Shown one piece after another: positions 61,151-64,000 of a stretch of 64,000 nucleotides of DNA. Each line of letters opens with the position of its first letter. Position 1 is the first letter of the stretch. Source of the stretch: Antedon mediterranea (taxonomy: Eukaryota; Animalia; Echinodermata); contig NC_092672.1 in assembly GCF_964355755.1 (NCBI RefSeq), positions 33,424,437 to 33,488,436 on the forward strand, written 5' to 3'. Both the position numbers and the translations under genes were made by a program. The notes below the pieces were generated by a model. That model saw nothing but the letters and a program-made list of their open reading frames with translations, did no database searches and was not told the DNA's origin.

Positions 61151-61385
61151 TTAATGTTCGTGCGTCACACGTCTGATTTTACGCGGCACGCGTCTAATAT
61201 TTGTGCGGCACACGTCCCTTTTGTCAAAGATCTTATATATATAGTATATAAGATCTTTGCTTTTGTGTACGGAACGCGTCTAATATTAATGTGCGGCACG
61301 CGTCTAATATTTGTGCGACACGCGTCTATTATTTGTAGGGCACGCGTCTAATGTTCGTGTTTTACGCGTCTAAAATTCGTTCGAC
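61151..61385. repeat. ~22-bp minisatellite (cacgcgtctaatatttgtgcgg), with one unit also at ~59905-59927
   Basis: Degenerate tandem copies on both sides of the MITE trimer. Confidence 0.75.
61225..61259. mobile_element. 35-bp palindromic remnant, probable P-superfamily excision footprint
   Basis: 15-bp arms caaagatcttatata/tatataagatctttg; perfect 7-bp TSD cttttgt. Confidence 0.6.
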
Positions 61386-61864
61386 AATCGAATATTTAAC
61401 TTTAATGATACATCAGCAACGATGTACCATACTCGAGAATATCAGACTACGAATTTGACTCGCAAAATACACGCGCTTATTCCTCGATATTTTAACAATA
61501 ATAACGCTCACTTTACTATGCCGCCGCATGCATAACGTCTAAGCAACTTACGCAGTGCATATATCGATGAATACAACTAAATAAATAACAATGGAATACA
61601 TATATTAGGAATTAAAGGGATTTGAAAAGTATTGCACGTTGAAATGAGAATCTAATAGAAAAACCTTCAAACAATGCAATATCGCAAAATTTTTAGCACG
61701 ATCAGACTTGCGGAAATTTAATTGAAGAATAGGATTCTAATTGATCAAATTTAACTCTAAAAGGCTTCATTGTTAAGTGTAAAAGGAGCGTTCGTTTAAT
61801 TACACAACAATCAAGGCTGTAAAGTTAGACAGGCGTTATGTCTTACAACTAACAATCAACATTG

Positions 61865-62010
61865 CTAAAGAATCTCGTTATTTCTTTACAACTGACACTC
61901 ACATAATAAAAGAAACGCGTTTTTTCTTTACAACTAACACTCAACATGGTAAAAGAAACGCGTTTTTTTCTTTACAACGAACACTCAACATGGTAAAAGA
62001 AACTTTCTTT
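61865..62010. repeat. ~45-bp tandem repeat, 3-4 copies
   Basis: taaaagaaacgcgttttt...ctttacaactaacactcaacatgg. Confidence 0.75.
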
Positions 62011-62026
62011 AACCAATTATTTATTA

Positions 62027-62452
62027 CCGTATTAGTTTTATTCGAATAAACGCCCCTCTTTGAATAAAAGCCCCTCGTAGAACATAGTTTTGAATAAACG
62101 CCCCTCGAATAAACGCCCTGGGGCCTATATTTATTTCCTTGAGTAAACGCCCTGCCACATGCATATATACACATTTTGATACTATTTTTACTGTATTTTA
62201 TCACTTCTTGATATCAATTGATGTTGTATTTTTGCATATGATTTTTTTTTTACCTGTTTTTATCATGATTGTATTTAATATTGTACGACTACGGTTTCAG
62301 CCATTGGCTGTTTGTGTCATTTTAATAAAGATATACCGATATGAAATTATACATGTTACTATAAACCTGAAAAAATTAATGAATAAACGCCTCCCTCGAA
62401 TAAACGCCCCCACCCCTAAAAAAAACGCAGAAAACTATTCGAATAAATACAG
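62027..62452. mobile_element. TA-flanked Tc1/mariner-type MITE with gaataaacgccc subrepeats
   Basis: ta|ccgtatt...aatacag|ta. Confidence 0.6.
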
Positions 62453-64000
62453 TATTCATTACTCGCACTGTTTTATTGCGACTGCATTGTACTCTTCATT
62501 GAAATTACTGAAATCATACTTATTAAACGTTGGTACTGCAGTACCTGCAGCAGAACGATTTTATGAAAAATGATTTAAAAAAACCCTCTCCATCCAGGTG
62601 TGATTAGACATAGAAATGTTTAGTTTGTCGGTTTATAAACAGAAAATTACTGAAAATGCCAAACTGTGGGTACATACTGTAGTATCAGTGGCTAGATCTC
62701 ATATGATCCTAGATTCAATTCAATTTTATTTTACCAATTAAAATTTTACAATTTTACAATGTAAATTAATACAATTACTATATAAAAATATTTATATTAT
62801 TTAAAACAATCAGTATATAAAACAGACATGAATAATAATTTTAAAATTTGTATTATTAAAATTACTATATAAAAATGTTTATATTATTTAGAACAATCAG
62901 TGCGGTACATAAAAACAGACATGAATACCACAGGGATACAATATTTTAAAAACAAATAGATAAGAATATCAAAAATAGAGAAAAAATAAAGCAGCGAAAT
63001 TGAAAGATATCGACGGTATTATATACGAAATGAAATTGAATTTTTTCTTACCTTTAGAAATTGTTAGCAATTTCCTCCAGAGAACCAGCGTGACGCAATT
63101 GTTTAGGTACTCCAGATTTGGCGCGTACTAATGTAAGTAACTAACTGAAAGTGTTGGTTAATTTGTCATCACTTCATTACCTACAATTATCGTCTGCTTT
63201 ATAAATAAATCAACCAATCACAATACTTTTCACATGATCGAACGAGCCAATCCTGATTGTTCATAGTATTTAATCAATCTACTAAAGAATGAGAAACCAA
63301 AGATGGGAGTGGGTGAGACCACGCCCATTTTTCTTCTGAAAATAATATCGTTTATTGGTGAATATTTCAATCAATGTATTTCTTTATTGTTTGTTTTCCT
63401 TTTTATTTTAATGATAATGAAAACAATTAACGTGGTGATATGTAAATTTGTCTGGAAAAGCGGATTATTACGAATTATGCAAATCGTGATTAAAATGATA
63501 CATTTACAAGGTCTCGCATATGTATTATCTTATTTGTCATTTATTTATTGGACTGGGGGGACACGATTGCTTAATTAATTATTTTATTCATTTATGCCAT
63601 CTGTAATAAAGCGACACTTTATTAATAACTCGTACACGAAGGCTTAATTTTTATGCAGGGTTTATTCTTTGAATAACGTATAATACTACAATACATATCC
63701 TGGAAACACTGATAATAAATTTTAAGGCCTCGCACATAACACCGCCTTCGACCACAATGTCCCATTCAATGCCGTTTTACGTGATTGGCATTATACTGTA
63801 GTGTATAAGCATAATTTGCATATAAGTGGATTAATACCACAACAATAGAGGGCGCACACTTTAACACCATCGATGTTTATTTAGGTGTTTTGTGTATTTA
63901 AGCATACGAACTTGATTAAAGATTGGTTTCCACTTTAGAACATGAGCAGCGCAAGGACCTACGCATAACGTACACAATTTGACCAATCACACATGACCGT

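Noticed and set aside
63040-63260. Possible non-coding first exon and promoter of the H3-like gene (donor-like site ~63050, CCAAT and CRE-like motifs)
   Set aside because: Motifs are short and common; cannot be supported without transcript data

Overview
AT-rich animal genomic DNA with spliced genes. A marine invertebrate deuterostome such as an echinoderm is inferred from the DeuSINE, the CUB/SRCR adhesion GPCRs and the transposon spectrum; the sequence does not prove this. Three host genes lie on the minus strand. Gene A (1-24133, 3' end runs off the window) is an adhesion GPCR: signal peptide-CUBx4-SRCR-S/T stalk-GAIN/GPS-7TM. Gene B (27907-49551, complete, 14 coding exons, 1022 aa) is its tandem paralog: signal peptide-CUBx3-stalk-GAIN/GPS-7TM. 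The third is a single-coding-exon histamine H3/H4-like class A GPCR (55407-56630), with a decayed copy inside an intron of gene A. Introns are packed with mobile DNA. An apparently intact PIF/Harbinger transposon (29692-33306, 72-bp TIRs, TAA TSD) has antisense transposase and MADF genes interlocked in each other's introns. Also present are non-autonomous Helitrons, L2/CR1/RTE/Tx1 LINE fragments, a DeuSINE, a three-level nest of 9-bp-TSD DNA elements, Kolobok and Harbinger MITEs, and two 34-35 bp palindromes resembling P-element excision footprints. All exon models and coordinates were read by eye from GT-AG signals and reading phase.
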